Source of the DNA: a virus
Lineage: Duplodnaviria; Caudoviricetes
DNA length: 35,611 nt
Direction: 5' to 3' (one strand)
IMG/VR virus record: IMGVR_UViG_3300012682_000004
Span: 1-35,611 of that record
In this document: positions 7,559 through 15,684 of the stretch, in pieces
How the letters are laid out: every line of letters begins with the position of its first letter
Numbering within the stretch: the first letter of the stretch is position 1
The notes under the pieces: model-generated
Database searches by the model: none
What the model was told of the DNA's origin: nothing
Seen by the model: the letters and a program-made list of their open reading frames with translations, nothing else
Program-made: the position numbers and the translations under genes

Positions 7559-7668
7559 TTGTGTAAGTGCCTGCCCTACCGCCCCCTGCCTACACGTCCT
7601 ATAGGGGTCAGACCTAACCGGGGGAGTATATAACGCCAGCAGGGGAGGGGTATTGTCAAACTTATGTT

Positions 7669-7699
7669 AAAACAAAAATACCAGCTATTTTGGCTGGTA
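7669..7699 (-). terminator. Intrinsic terminator
   Basis: TACCAGC-7 nt-GCTGGTA followed by TTTTTGTTTT. Confidence 0.8.
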
Positions 7700-7792
7700 C
7701 AATTGTCGTCCCCTCGCATGGGACTTGCCCACAATGGGGGACTGTTTATTTTGGGATAGTTTTTGTTTTGAGTTCTTTTCTGCGAGAACCTG
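7669..7792 (-). ncRNA. Candidate sRNA, about 125 nt
   Basis: TTGACA(7823-7828)-18-TATAAG upstream; GTCCCC/GGGGAC stem; terminator; no credible ORF. Confidence 0.5.
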
Positions 7793-7824
7793 TTTTTACT
7801 TATACGCTAATGCTTATGCTAATG

Positions 7825-7965
7825 TCAAGCGTAACTTTTAGGTAACAGTATCAGCGCCATCGAACTACTAACATTCTTCAAAAATGTAACGCTCGCGCCA
7901 GCCTCATAATAACAAGAATAGACTTCAGGTTCGGGTAATGGGTTGTCGCCGTAGTTAATACTCAT
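7825..7965 (-). CDS. Leaderless micro-ORF, 46 aa
   Basis: TGCTATAAT (7972-7980), then 6 nt, then ATG. Confidence 0.55.
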   Translation of the reverse strand: MSINYGDNPLPEPEVYSCYYEAGASVTFLKNVSSSMALILLPKSYA

Positions 7966-8002
7966 GCTTCAATTATAGCATAAGAGTTTTACAAAAAAAG
8001 AC

Positions 8003-8031
8003 TTGCACGAAATAGTGAAGTGTAATACTAT
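8003..8031 (+). promoter_or_regulatory. Sigma70 promoter of the recombination operon
   Basis: TTGCAC-17-TACTAT. Confidence 0.7.
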
Positions 8032-8060
8032 AGAACTACTAAAACGCTTGGAGGCCAATA

Positions 8061-8162
8061 GTGAATAAAAGACGAGGGACGTACTATATCCGTCCCAAAA
8101 TTAACTTGGGAGGCTTCATAGTCTCATACGAAGAACTAACTACTAAAAAGAAAAGAGGGTGA
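8061..8162 (+). CDS. Micro-ORF, 33 aa
   Basis: SD GGAGG; GTG start. Confidence 0.6.
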   Translation: MNKRRGTYYIRPKINLGGFIVSYEELTTKKKRG

Positions 8163-8164
8163 AT

Positions 8165-8317
8165 ATGTTTAGGCGAATATCAGAATTAATATGGCCAGTT
8201 ATGGAACGTGAAAGCACTTACGTTTTTCCAGACCATTCAATTATATGCGACTGTCGGATGTGCGTCCGTGAAGCCACTCGCTACATCAACCGCATAAGCC
8301 GCCGGACAAAACGATGA
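8165..8317 (+). CDS. Micro-ORF, 50 aa, with H...CDC..C
   Basis: SD GAGGGTG; manual translation. Confidence 0.65.
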   Translation: MFRRISELIWPVMERESTYVFPDHSIICDCRMCVREATRYINRISRRTKR

Positions 8318-8478
8318 GCGTCCTACTAGCCATAGTTGGTGACGTTGTAGCAGCCGAACGAGTCCGACATTTAATGATGGACATGCTCGGCCCACTTGAA
8401 CTAGGCGGCGACTTAGAATGCCGTGAAGCACTTAATAATTATCGATCACAATTAAGACAGAAAGTGAGCCAGCTATGA
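8314..8478 (+). CDS. Micro-ORF, 54 aa
   Basis: ATGA overlaps at both ends. Confidence 0.65.
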   Translation: MSVLLAIVGDVVAAERVRHLMMDMLGPLELGGDLECREALNNYRSQLRQKVSQL

Positions 8479-8648
8479 ACCAAATAAATGCCATACTTCG
8501 CAAATGCTATTATGCCGGAGCCGAAGACCCGGACTTACATGCCGACTTTAGAGATGCCGTCAAACCATTCGAGCGTCAAATCAAAACTATACTATTAGAC
8601 ATGGTTGGTGATGATGAAGTCTTACGGGATAAGGTGGGGAAGTTATGA
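8475..8648 (+). CDS. Micro-ORF, 57 aa
   Basis: ATGA overlaps at both ends. Confidence 0.65.
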   Translation: MNQINAILRKCYYAGAEDPDLHADFRDAVKPFERQIKTILLDMVGDDEVLRDKVGKL

Positions 8649-9064
8649 CTCAAATAAATAACACATTCGACGAGGCGATAGAACGCCTAAGCACCGACCT
8701 AAATAGCTTCATCAAATATTGCGAAGCCACCAAACCAAGTGACTGGTATTTGCACAAAGTCAGGAATAACAGGAACACTAAGAACTGCTTATACGGTCAC
8801 TTAGTCAACTGGTACTACGGCAAAGACTGGACTGGCAACGTGTCGCCAATATGGGACGCTTTCGAGGAGGTCGGTACTACGTTTTACGTTTACCCAATTA
8901 ACGACGGCACAAATCCCAAGTACCCTCAAAAAACCGCTCGTGACCGTTGTATAGCCTACCTAAAAAACGTACAGTCTGGTGATGAGCTTTGGAGCGAGGC
9001 TGCTATGGAAGCAGATTTGAAAAATTACGAAGCTACCCGGCAACAGGAGGGTATAAAGTTATAA
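8645..9064 (+). CDS. Hypothetical protein, 139 aa
   Basis: ORF track; CLYGH and INDG..PKYPQ.TARDR. Confidence 0.85.
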   Translation: MTQINNTFDEAIERLSTDLNSFIKYCEATKPSDWYLHKVRNNRNTKNCLYGHLVNWYYGKDWTGNVSPIWDAFEEVGTTFYVYPINDGTNPKYPQKTARDRCIAYLKNVQSGDELWSEAAMEADLKNYEATRQQEGIKL

Positions 9065-9150
9065 TGAACGAACTGCTGTACGTTATGAATGACCTAGTAG
9101 TCGAAATGGTGGAACTAAATTTAATAATGAAAGAAGGAATAAATGACTGA
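9064..9150 (+). CDS. Micro-ORF, 28 aa
   Basis: TAATG coupling; bridges to the next gene. Confidence 0.45.
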   Translation: MNELLYVMNDLVVEMVELNLIMKEGIND

Positions 9151-9910
9151 CAACAAATTAGCCACCACGCCGCCCAAAAGTGAAACAACCAAATGGGATG
9201 CCCCGCTAGACCTAAGCAACCTGAGTGTCACGCAGATGCGTTTTATCGGTCAGATGATGGCCGACAGTGACATGTTTCCCGATATAGCCAAAGATGCCGC
9301 AAAATCAATGGTTAAGATACTGGCCGGGCAGGAGATTGGTGTGACACCGTTTCAGTCCATGTCCGGTATCAATATCATAAAAGGGAAGGCTGCAATGGGT
9401 GCCAACCTGATTGCCGGTAAGATTAAGGGACACCCTTTGTATGACTACCGAGCTGACGTATCGAGCGATAAATGTACCGTCCGAATATTGCAACGTGATA
9501 GCACTCACGACAAGTACGAAGAAACTGGCAGCTTTACATTCACGATGGAAGACGCCAAACGAATTGGCCTAGCCGGTAAGGACAACTGGCGCAACTACCC
9601 GTCTAACATGTTATTTGCTCGTGCCATTACAAGCGCCCAGCGTATGTATGCACCTGACGTATTGAATGGGGGGCTTGTATACGACCCCGACGAACTAGGT
9701 GCAGTCACAAACGACCAAGGCAGCGTAGTTGAAACAGCCGTTGGTGACAACGAACTATCCGAAGCCATAACTAAAATTGAAGCCGCCAAAGACGAAGACG
9801 AACTAACCGACATAGTAACCAACCTACCAGCTACAGTTCAAAAGAACGTCACCGAAGTGGCTGGTAAGAAGTTTAAGCAGCTTACAATAGGCGAGAGTGA
9901 TGAGTCCTGA
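9143..9910 (+). CDS. RecT/Red-beta-like ssDNA annealing protein
   Basis: GQEIGVTPFQSM..INII.G, NWRNYPSNMLFARA, Y.PDEL; adjacent to the exonuclease. Confidence 0.8.
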   Translation: MTDNKLATTPPKSETTKWDAPLDLSNLSVTQMRFIGQMMADSDMFPDIAKDAAKSMVKILAGQEIGVTPFQSMSGINIIKGKAAMGANLIAGKIKGHPLYDYRADVSSDKCTVRILQRDSTHDKYEETGSFTFTMEDAKRIGLAGKDNWRNYPSNMLFARAITSAQRMYAPDVLNGGLVYDPDELGAVTNDQGSVVETAVGDNELSEAITKIEAAKDEDELTDIVTNLPATVQKNVTEVAGKKFKQLTIGESDES

Positions 9911-10538
9911 ACAAGGAACAGACGCGTGGTTACAATCCAGAGTCGGCCTAATAACAGGCTCCCGCGTCTACGATGTAATCAAAGGCTCCCGACTAGCCGG
10001 TTGGAAGAACTACAAAGCACAACTACTGGTCGAACGCTTGACAGGTCAACCAACCGAGTCATTTACAAGCAAACCGATGCAGTGGGGGACAGACACCGAG
10101 CCACTGGCCAGACTACGCTACCAACTAATTACTCGTAGTGCCGTAGAAGAAACCGGCTTTATAAAAGACGCTGAACGTGACTTTGGAGCCTCACCAGACG
10201 GCTTAGTTGGCAAAGACGGCCTAGTAGAGATTAAATGTCCAAACACAGCTCAAGCCTTTGAAACTCTAAAGACAGGTAAAATACCGCCTCAATATATAGC
10301 TCAAATGCAAGCTCAGATGTACGTCACAGAAAGACAGTGGTGTGACTATTGTAGCTTTGACCCACGCTTACCAGCTCATGCCTCAATCTATATTAAACGG
10401 GTCGAACGTGACGATGACTACATTGCAGAGATGTTACTGGCAGTTGATACCTTTATAGAAGAACTAGAATCAGATATTCTATTCATTAGTAACTACGGTA
10501 AAGAAGTCAAAACAATAACTAAGAAAGAGAGTAAGTAA
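9900..10538 (+). CDS. YqaJ/lambda-type exonuclease
   Basis: QGT.AWL..R.G.ITGS, MQWG...EP, GASPDGLV, VEIKCP, QMQAQM. Confidence 0.93.
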   Translation: MSPEQGTDAWLQSRVGLITGSRVYDVIKGSRLAGWKNYKAQLLVERLTGQPTESFTSKPMQWGTDTEPLARLRYQLITRSAVEETGFIKDAERDFGASPDGLVGKDGLVEIKCPNTAQAFETLKTGKIPPQYIAQMQAQMYVTERQWCDYCSFDPRLPAHASIYIKRVERDDDYIAEMLLAVDTFIEELESDILFISNYGKEVKTITKKESK

Positions 10539-10702
10539 TGTTCAACAAAGAAGAATACTGGAAAAATCGTAAAGAGGGTAAGCGGGGACAAGGTGAAAGT
10601 CCAATCACGGCTCGGTTTTTAACTACCGTCGCCAAGTCTACAAAGCCGGTGTCAAAAAAAGCTATCAAGAAAAACACTAAACGGGCAAGGGCGGTTCTAT
10701 AA
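10538..10702 (+). CDS. Basic hypothetical protein, 54 aa
   Basis: TAATG coupling; MFNKEEYWKNRKEGKRGQG. Confidence 0.65.
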   Translation: MFNKEEYWKNRKEGKRGQGESPITARFLTTVAKSTKPVSKKAIKKNTKRARAVL

Positions 10703-10703
10703 T

Positions 10704-10928
10704 ATGCCCGGTAACAAACTTGGTGGCACTAAAATCAAACAATCCATGCTAAAACGCTTCAACGGCGACATGGACAAGCTACGGGAACACTTCGCAACTA
10801 TCGGTAGGAATGGCGGTCTAGCCCCCCACTCGAAACCACGAGGCTTCAGCGCTAGCCGTGAGTTAGCTTCAGCAGCCGGTAGACTCGGTGGCCTAGCAAG
10901 TCGGCGCGGAAAGAACAAAGTTAAATGA
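10704..10928 (+). CDS. KGG-repeat (stress-induced motif) protein
   Basis: IGRNGG and GFSASRELASAAGRLGG. Confidence 0.75.
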   Translation: MPGNKLGGTKIKQSMLKRFNGDMDKLREHFATIGRNGGLAPHSKPRGFSASRELASAAGRLGGLASRRGKNKVK

Positions 10929-11098
10929 CCGACATCGAAACCCACCTCAACAAAACCAAAAAAAGTCACAACCGACTAGGCTACAATGACTTTCAACAAC
11001 GCTTAGAAATAGGCCTGTCAAAGGTTCGGATAGCGGAGGATTTTGGGGTTTCTGTGAGGACTATATTTAGTTGGTTGAAGTTGAAGGGTGGTAAGTGA
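10925..11098 (+). CDS. Helix-turn-helix protein, 57 aa
   Basis: GLSKVRIAEDFGVSVRTIFSWLK; ATGA coupling. Confidence 0.75.
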   Translation: MTDIETHLNKTKKSHNRLGYNDFQQRLEIGLSKVRIAEDFGVSVRTIFSWLKLKGGK

Positions 11099-11271
11099 TG
11101 GCTACGTCACTGAGTAATCCGATTGCTGATATGAGGACTGAGCTACAAATTGTTCACCGTAATTGGTGGCAGAAAGCATTAAGAAGGAGGACGAAAGTTT
11201 ACAGGTTATTTATCATGCGCTATGCAGACGGTTCATACCAGATATATAAGGCCAAGGAACCAAAGTTGTGA
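11098..11271 (+). CDS. Micro-ORF, 57 aa
   Basis: TGATG and GTGA coupling. Confidence 0.65.
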   Translation: MATSLSNPIADMRTELQIVHRNWWQKALRRRTKVYRLFIMRYADGSYQIYKAKEPKL

Positions 11272-11483
11272 TACTCGACCTACCTGAACCGAAAGAAGTT
11301 TTGGACGAGAAAGAGTGGCACTTATTTTGGTGTATAAAACCTCGGATTATCAATAATAAACTTGTTTGGCTATCGAGGGCGCAACGACGTTTAATAAAAA
11401 TTGTTGAGCGATATGACGGCGCTACAGGCGATACTTATAGGAAACGTATCTACGAATACGATTTGCCGGTCGTATATTTCTAA
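11268..11483 (+). CDS. Hypothetical protein, 71 aa
   Basis: ORF track; W..FWC.KP.....VWL. Confidence 0.7.
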   Translation: MILDLPEPKEVLDEKEWHLFWCIKPRIINNKLVWLSRAQRRLIKIVERYDGATGDTYRKRIYEYDLPVVYF

Positions 11484-11546
11484 TAAAACATTGACTTCTA
11501 TCCGCTTATGCTATACTAACCCTATAAACATAAGGACAAAAAATAT

Positions 11547-11873
11547 ATGTCAATACCAAAAGTAAACATCAACAAAACAGTTTCAGTAATCGTACTCCTG
11601 GCGGTAGTAGTTCTCGTCACGTTTCTATCAGTTCAGCATTGGAATAACTACAGTCAGATGACCGCCAGAGCGCAAGCTAAAGCAGTTGCAGAACAAGCTC
11701 AAGCCCGCGAACAAGAACGCCTAGAATCAGTCATGGCCGCCAAACAAGCCACCGCCAAGTACGAACTAGTCAGAATTGAATGTGAAAAAGGTTTGTTTGC
11801 TTGGGCGCAATTAGCCCCTAAGTTACGCAACTCTACACCAACGCCAGTATGTGGCCCAGCCGCCGCCAATTAA
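11547..11873 (+). CDS. Membrane-anchored coiled-coil protein
   Basis: N-terminal TM and two Cys; promoter TGCTATACT at 11509-11517; SD AAGGA. Confidence 0.8.
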   Translation: MSIPKVNINKTVSVIVLLAVVVLVTFLSVQHWNNYSQMTARAQAKAVAEQAQAREQERLESVMAAKQATAKYELVRIECEKGLFAWAQLAPKLRNSTPTPVCGPAAAN

Positions 11874-11903
11874 ATAATTAACAAAACAAAAAGTGAGTAT
11901 CAA

Positions 11904-12065
11904 ATGTCAAACACAATCAGAGCTATCTCAGACCACATCCGTCGCCGTAACTTAAACCGGAGTTATTCAACTCGTAAACTACAAGCTATACTAAACGAAG
12001 AAGTCGCCGACGAACTGGTAGCCGAAGCCATCAGCCGCTACAGAAGGGAACACAGCAATGTTTGA
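11904..12065 (+). CDS. Micro-ORF, 53 aa
   Basis: Manual translation MSNTIRAISD... Confidence 0.6.
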   Translation: MSNTIRAISDHIRRRNLNRSYSTRKLQAILNEEVADELVAEAISRYRREHSNV

Positions 12066-12297
12066 TACTATCTGGTCGTTCGTATGGGAAATAGTCATCG
12101 TGACAGTTATATTTAAAATGATAGTCTTACGCCAGCTTGCACAATGGCTATTCGACTGGTTCAAACGCTATGCCGCTAAAGATGACCGCCGTGAGTCAAT
12201 CTGGGCGCATTACCGTAGCAAGGCATTAGGGCAGGGACATAATACTGATTCGGTGCTGGACTGTCACGAAACTAATTGTGTGGCGGTGTTCGCTTAA
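12058..12297 (+). CDS. Membrane protein, 79 aa
   Basis: N-terminal TM; H...H.....C....C tail. Confidence 0.7.
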   Translation: MFDTIWSFVWEIVIVTVIFKMIVLRQLAQWLFDWFKRYAAKDDRRESIWAHYRSKALGQGHNTDSVLDCHETNCVAVFA

Positions 12298-12600
12298 CTT
12301 CTATCTATATCCCATAACCACGGCTCAAGGTGGTTAATTGTTAAAGTTGTTCCCTTGGAACGAGTGTTACGTCTGAGCCTGAATCGGCCACACGTTCATC
12401 GGGAATAAGGGTTGTTATCTTATTGCCAATATCGTTGTAACAGCGGATAGCCCAACCTCGTTCGTCATACATGACCATGATTTTGGCTGTTTCTGTTGGG
12501 AAGTCTTTAAGTCTAAGTATTTTGCTGTTTAGTTGAATATCTCTCATAGTATTTCCTTTTCTAAACCGTTGAGCCGCAGATAGGGATATAGATTGTTAAG
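12293..12600. repeat. Tripartite inverted repeat flanking the 68-aa gene
   Basis: CTTAAC/ATCTATATCCC/CGGCTCAA at 12293-12328, inverted at 12569-12600. Confidence 0.85.
12341..12547 (-). CDS. Hypothetical protein, 68 aa
   Basis: SD AAGGA; promoter TGCTATAAT at 12610-12618. Confidence 0.75.
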   Translation of the reverse strand: MRDIQLNSKILRLKDFPTETAKIMVMYDERGWAIRCYNDIGNKITTLIPDERVADSGSDVTLVPREQL

Positions 12601-12618
12601 GTTAAGCTGATTATAGCA

Positions 12619-13110
12619 CTAAAACAACTCCCCATTATCCACCGCCTCAACCCCACCAGATAAATACCAACCAGCCTTGCGGATAAAGTCATCAATACCG
12701 ATACAGAAGTCCGTGTAATAGCCTAGCTTGCTAAGTTGTTGCAACATGTAATACTGCTCCCTAATATGAGGGTTAGCGGTTAGTTGGCCTTTACGCTTGC
12801 CAATCTTTACGATGATGTTCACTTTATCCCTCTTTAGCTCAAAGGCGGCTCCACAGTAGGTTTTACCGTCAATAGTGACAGGCTGGTACAAAAACATATC
12901 AGGCCAGCTCTTACCCGACTGGAGAGCCTTGTGCGTACTAGCCTGATACATCGTCAACTTCAACCCTGAAGCAAAGTCACTCCTAAATATAACCATTGGC
13001 CAGACAAGTCGTAGGTAACGGCAAGCCTGACGCTGAATAGATTCCTCATGTTTGATGTTCTTAGGGACGTATCGGGGTTTCGGTGTAAATGGTTTAAGCG
13101 TATAGCTCAT
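12619..13110 (-). CDS. VRR-NUC family nuclease/resolvase
   Basis: EESIQ, G.SWPDMF, FELK, REQ...L..L...GY; probable start ATG 13110, 6 nt after TGTTATAAC. Confidence 0.8.
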   Translation of the reverse strand: MSYTLKPFTPKPRYVPKNIKHEESIQRQACRYLRLVWPMVIFRSDFASGLKLTMYQASTHKALQSGKSWPDMFLYQPVTIDGKTYCGAAFELKRDKVNIIVKIGKRKGQLTANPHIREQYYMLQQLSKLGYYTDFCIGIDDFIRKAGWYLSGGVEAVDNGELF

Positions 13111-13126
13111 ACCAAAGTTATAACAC

Positions 13127-13579
13127 TTACCGCCTTGAATTGCTAATGCTTGCACTCCGAGCGTCATCAGTCGGGGCGGTGGGGGTAGGTTTAAAACTAG
13201 CCTTAGTCTGGTTTATCTGACCGGCTAGAGCTAGTTTAGAGGCAAACCATATACCTAGTCGGGTAAATATCGGCTTAACAGCGTACCGGTAAACAGGCTG
13301 AGTAGTAGCCAGTATCAACCAACCTTGTACCAATATAAACCACGGCGCATACCTTGGGTCGTTATGTAGGTAAGCACCAGCACCGGCTAGCAGGGAAGCC
13401 ACGATCGTCCAAAACGTCATAACTTTGGCACTGTTAATATCCCACCACTTCTTCAGTCCGACTAAGGCCGGTGACACTACTAGAGCGCCGACAACAACTT
13501 CAACTATGATTGACCAGGCTTCGGGTGGTACTTCATTTAAGGTATTTAATGCTAGCGATGGTATGTTTGACAGTTCCAT
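13127..13579 (-). CDS. Multi-TM membrane protein, holin candidate
   Basis: About 3 hydrophobic helices; lies at the end of the virion module. Confidence 0.6.
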   Translation of the reverse strand: MELSNIPSLALNTLNEVPPEAWSIIVEVVVGALVVSPALVGLKKWWDINSAKVMTFWTIVASLLAGAGAYLHNDPRYAPWFILVQGWLILATTQPVYRYAVKPIFTRLGIWFASKLALAGQINQTKASFKPTPTAPTDDARSASISNSRR

Positions 13580-13580
13580 T

Positions 13581-15017
13581 TTACTTTGTCCCCTTTATTT
13601 TTTTAGTTATCCAGTGAGCAGTACCAACATATTTACTAGCCATCTTACTGAGCGCCACGTCTACTCTTTCTTTGTCCGTTAGGTAGCCACGAGGTAGGGC
13701 GGCTCGTTCAGCTAGGGTAAGTGGTAACAGGATAATATCCTCGTCAGTCATAGTGTGCATTGGTATACCCCACCAGTGACCTTTGGCGATAGTGGCTTCA
13801 AAGTCTTTACCAACCCGGCCGTATAGATTACCCTCAATCAGAAACGTCCCGATAATATTAACTCTTTGTCCGGCAATGATAGTGCTTTCACGGCCGGTTC
13901 CGTGTTCGTATATTGTTTGGTCTTCGTCTACCATATAAACGCTAGGTTCACGGTCTTCATTTAACGGCTTAAATGTAGTTCTGAAGTCATGTTTAAGTAA
14001 TGGTGGCTCCGGTACGATTTCGTCCATCTCAGGCAAGGGTAGCAGTGGTTCCGGCACAATCGGCAAGGCGACCTCAACTATCGGTTCTATCTTAGGTTTG
14101 TAAAAGTGACCGTCCTCTAAGTCTTGCCAGTTAAAGCCAGTTGTAGCACCGACTAGGCCGGTTGTCTTGTACTTACCGATACCAGCACTGTCCATGTAAT
14201 ACTTAGCCGTGTCTTCGCCGATTGGTACGTTAGCCGAACCGTATATTTTAAGGTTAGCATTTTCGGGGTAAGTTAAGCCGACCATGTGTAGATTTTCCCA
14301 AGTCTTAATATTCCCGAACGCCCATTTTTTAGCACCACCAGTCTTGATAATGTGCATGTCACGGGGTTTTGAATAGACTTCGTATGATGTCACTCTATCG
14401 GAGTTGTCGGGTGGTATGTCTTTAGGCAAAGTTATGACCATACCAGGCTTGATGTCACCGGCTTGTAGGGCGTTAATGGCTAATAGTTCTAGCGGTTTAT
14501 TGCCAGTCCGTTTAGCTATCTCCCAGATTGTGTCGGCTTCGAGGACGGTGTAGGTTTTGGTCGTAGTTTCGGGTGCAGGGGTAGGTTCACTAACTACTAC
14601 TGGCTCATCTAACTCTAGCAAGTACTCTGGATCAATATGGTAGCTACACCAGCCGAACGGACCATGATATAGACTAGCGTTCTTAATTTCTCCGTCTAAA
14701 CTATCTATAATGGAATGAAACATTGGGTCGCCACTCAAGCAGTAATGGTCAACAGTATTTCCGTTTTCGTCCGTCCGTTTGAGCTTGATAATAGCGTCAC
14801 TGGTAGTCGGGAAGTCGCCACTGTCGCTAACTTCTTTGGTATCGATTGACTCATCAATACCAGTAAGAGTCCACCAGTCGGGTTCTTCCATCATCTTAGC
14901 TAGGGCGCGTGGTTCTATAGGTCGGCTGAACTTTTGAAGTAAGTTAGCCGTTGCAATCACGAGTGATAAGTTTGGGCTGTCTAGGTCAGTGTAGTCGTTT
15001 TGGGTATAGTATTTCAT
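13581..15017 (-). CDS. LysM-domain protein with degenerate C39-like N-terminal domain
   Basis: YTVLEADTIWEIAKRTG...ELLAINAL....IKPGMVITLP. Confidence 0.8.
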   Translation of the reverse strand: MKYYTQNDYTDLDSPNLSLVIATANLLQKFSRPIEPRALAKMMEEPDWWTLTGIDESIDTKEVSDSGDFPTTSDAIIKLKRTDENGNTVDHYCLSGDPMFHSIIDSLDGEIKNASLYHGPFGWCSYHIDPEYLLELDEPVVVSEPTPAPETTTKTYTVLEADTIWEIAKRTGNKPLELLAINALQAGDIKPGMVITLPKDIPPDNSDRVTSYEVYSKPRDMHIIKTGGAKKWAFGNIKTWENLHMVGLTYPENANLKIYGSANVPIGEDTAKYYMDSAGIGKYKTTGLVGATTGFNWQDLEDGHFYKPKIEPIVEVALPIVPEPLLPLPEMDEIVPEPPLLKHDFRTTFKPLNEDREPSVYMVDEDQTIYEHGTGRESTIIAGQRVNIIGTFLIEGNLYGRVGKDFEATIAKGHWWGIPMHTMTDEDIILLPLTLAERAALPRGYLTDKERVDVALSKMASKYVGTAHWITKKIKGTK

Positions 15018-15068
15018 AACTTATTTACTGCACATCACTTTGTTCTGTTGTTAGTTTAGCATAAGCGG

Positions 15069-15683
15069 TTAGGTTTGACTTACCAAATGCAGGCTCAAAT
15101 ATGTTCGGTTGTTCCCGCCTACAATATCGCGGGCCTCGCTACAAAAGGCGAATAGCTCTAAATAATCCCCCGGTGTTAAAAATACGAGCCTTGAAATATT
15201 GGAAGTCGGGATGAGACTTCCATTACCGGAACCTGTTATTTGCAACCCTCTTATGAACTCAGCGCCATTCTTAAAAATATAACCTAAAGCAAAGGCAGTT
15301 GTAGCGATACCGGTTGTACCAATTTGCACCTGTGCTGAAACTTGATAATAACCTTGTATAGCCGCCGTAAAGCGATAGTTGGTTACGGAATCGAAGTTGT
15401 TACCAGTATCAAAATTTTCACTATTTAATAGAACTTTAGTAGCGGTAGAAGCGGATAAAACTTGGGTGGCACTAAGAAATACGTCAACCTTTGCTGGCAC
15501 AAAAACTTTAGCGGTGCTAACGGCTCCGGTGGCTATTTTTGAAGCTGTCACAGCCGAGTCAGCCAAGTTCGTACTATCTATATTGCCGTTAATCTGAGCA
15601 GCAAGTTGGTTAACTGGCGTATTGACATCGGCGGCTTCGATTGTATCTCCGGGGGCTGATTGACTTGGGTTTACAGTTGCCAT
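15069..15683 (-). CDS. Short fibre with C1q/TNF-like head domain
   Basis: FDTGNNFD...YRFTA...GYYQVSAQV, LVFLTPGDYLELF. Confidence 0.8.
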   Translation of the reverse strand: MATVNPSQSAPGDTIEAADVNTPVNQLAAQINGNIDSTNLADSAVTASKIATGAVSTAKVFVPAKVDVFLSATQVLSASTATKVLLNSENFDTGNNFDSVTNYRFTAAIQGYYQVSAQVQIGTTGIATTAFALGYIFKNGAEFIRGLQITGSGNGSLIPTSNISRLVFLTPGDYLELFAFCSEARDIVGGNNRTYLSLHLVSQT

Positions 15684-15684
15684 T

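Noticed and set aside
7685-7783. tmRNA-like tag frame beginning GCA GAA AAG AAC
   Set aside because: No tRNA-like ends; the frame runs 32 codons and ends YQPK rather than a hydrophobic tag
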